Positions 63,738 to 64,000 of a DNA stretch of 64,000 nucleotides are shown here, piece after piece. Where the stretch lies: the NCBI GenBank assembly GCA_045596925.1, contig JAZODH010000058.1, forward strand, positions 5,791 to 69,790, read 5' to 3'. Every line of letters begins with the position of its first letter. The stretch's first letter is position 1. Origin of the DNA: Eubacteriales bacterium (GTDB lineage Bacteria > Bacillota > Clostridia > Oscillospirales > CAG-272). Under the pieces are notes generated by a model. That model saw nothing but the letters and a program-made list of their open reading frames with translations. It had not been told where the DNA came from and did no database searches. The position numbers were made by a program, and so were the translations under genes.

Positions 63738-64000
63738 ATGTCAAGATTCGATGATTGTGCAAAAACCGCAGGACGGGTGGCAAAGAAGGCCGCCGAGGGC
63801 GTGGCAAAGCTGACCGACAGCGCAGCTACTGCAGTAAAGATCAAGGTTGAGGAGTCAAAGCTGAAGTCCGACATGGCAGAGCTTGGAAGACTGTGCCTTG
63901 ACTATTTTAAAGACGCCGAAAGCGTTCCACAGAGCATAGCCGAGCAGATCGACGAGATCAACGCGCAGAAGGCTATTATTAAAAAAATCAAGGAAGAGTC
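63738..64000 (+). CDS. Hypothetical coiled-coil protein, 3'-truncated by window edge (not in ORF track)
   Basis: ATG 63738 follows GGAAGGAA. The frame stays open to nt 64000 (MSRFDDCAKTAGRVAKKAAEGVAKL...IDEINAQKAIIKKIKEE). This reading is more protein-like than the antisense track ORF 63650..63874. Confidence 0.4.
   Translation, partial: MSRFDDCAKTAGRVAKKAAEGVAKLTDSAATAVKIKVEESKLKSDMAELGRLCLDYFKDAESVPQSIAEQIDEINAQKAIIKKIKEE

Noticed and set aside
63650-63874. 74-aa - strand track ORF near the window end
   Set aside because: The complementary + strand frame (63738 onward) has an RBS, stays open to the window edge and encodes a coiled-coil-like sequence. The - strand ORF looks like its shadow.
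1-64000. Scan for prophage, integrase, transposase, toxin-antitoxin, restriction-modification, CRISPR-Cas, tRNA or rRNA genes
   Set aside because: None were recognisable by eye in any frame or intergenic region. The only mobile-looking items are the DUF559 cassette and the orphan repressor module, both reported above.

Overview
The window is chromosomal DNA from a spore-forming Firmicute, probably a Clostridia/Oscillospiraceae-like organism with moderately high GC. This call rests on spoIIIAE-AF-AH, spoVAC, yaaT and a cohesin/dockerin protein. Most of it is tightly packed housekeeping operons. These are abcF-queG-like-addB-addA, ttcA-trmN6-ferredoxin, holB-yaaT, murD-murI-ynbB-lipoprotein-nifS-pth-mfd-prsA, a complete his operon (yerC-hisZG-D-C-B-H-A-F-IE-K), and zapA-U32-dut-maf-mreBCD-pbp2. 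I found no rRNA, tRNA, CRISPR array, integrase or transposase. Six regions look accessory or unusual. (1) 11.4-12.9 kb holds a self-cleaving XRE/S24 repressor. It faces an 8-Cys mini-protein and a sigma-region-4-like protein across two perfect consensus promoters that fire at each other, with no phage genes attached. (2) 20.4-23.7 kb encodes a 1122-aa secreted protein with three cohesin-like modules, eight tandem Listeria-Bacteroides-type repeats and a C-terminal dockerin. (3) An AT-rich spacer at 23.9-24.0 kb carries five co-oriented DnaA-box-like 9-mers. (4) A CRP-type palindrome sits at a class-II position in front of trxA, next to a Crp/Fnr gene. (5) An AT-rich DUF559 endonuclease gene is bracketed by about 45-bp structured inverted repeats. 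(6) The his operon has a fused HisZ-HisG and is bracketed by two YerC/TrpR-like paralogs. All functional calls come from reading motifs in the translated ORFs. No database search was run.
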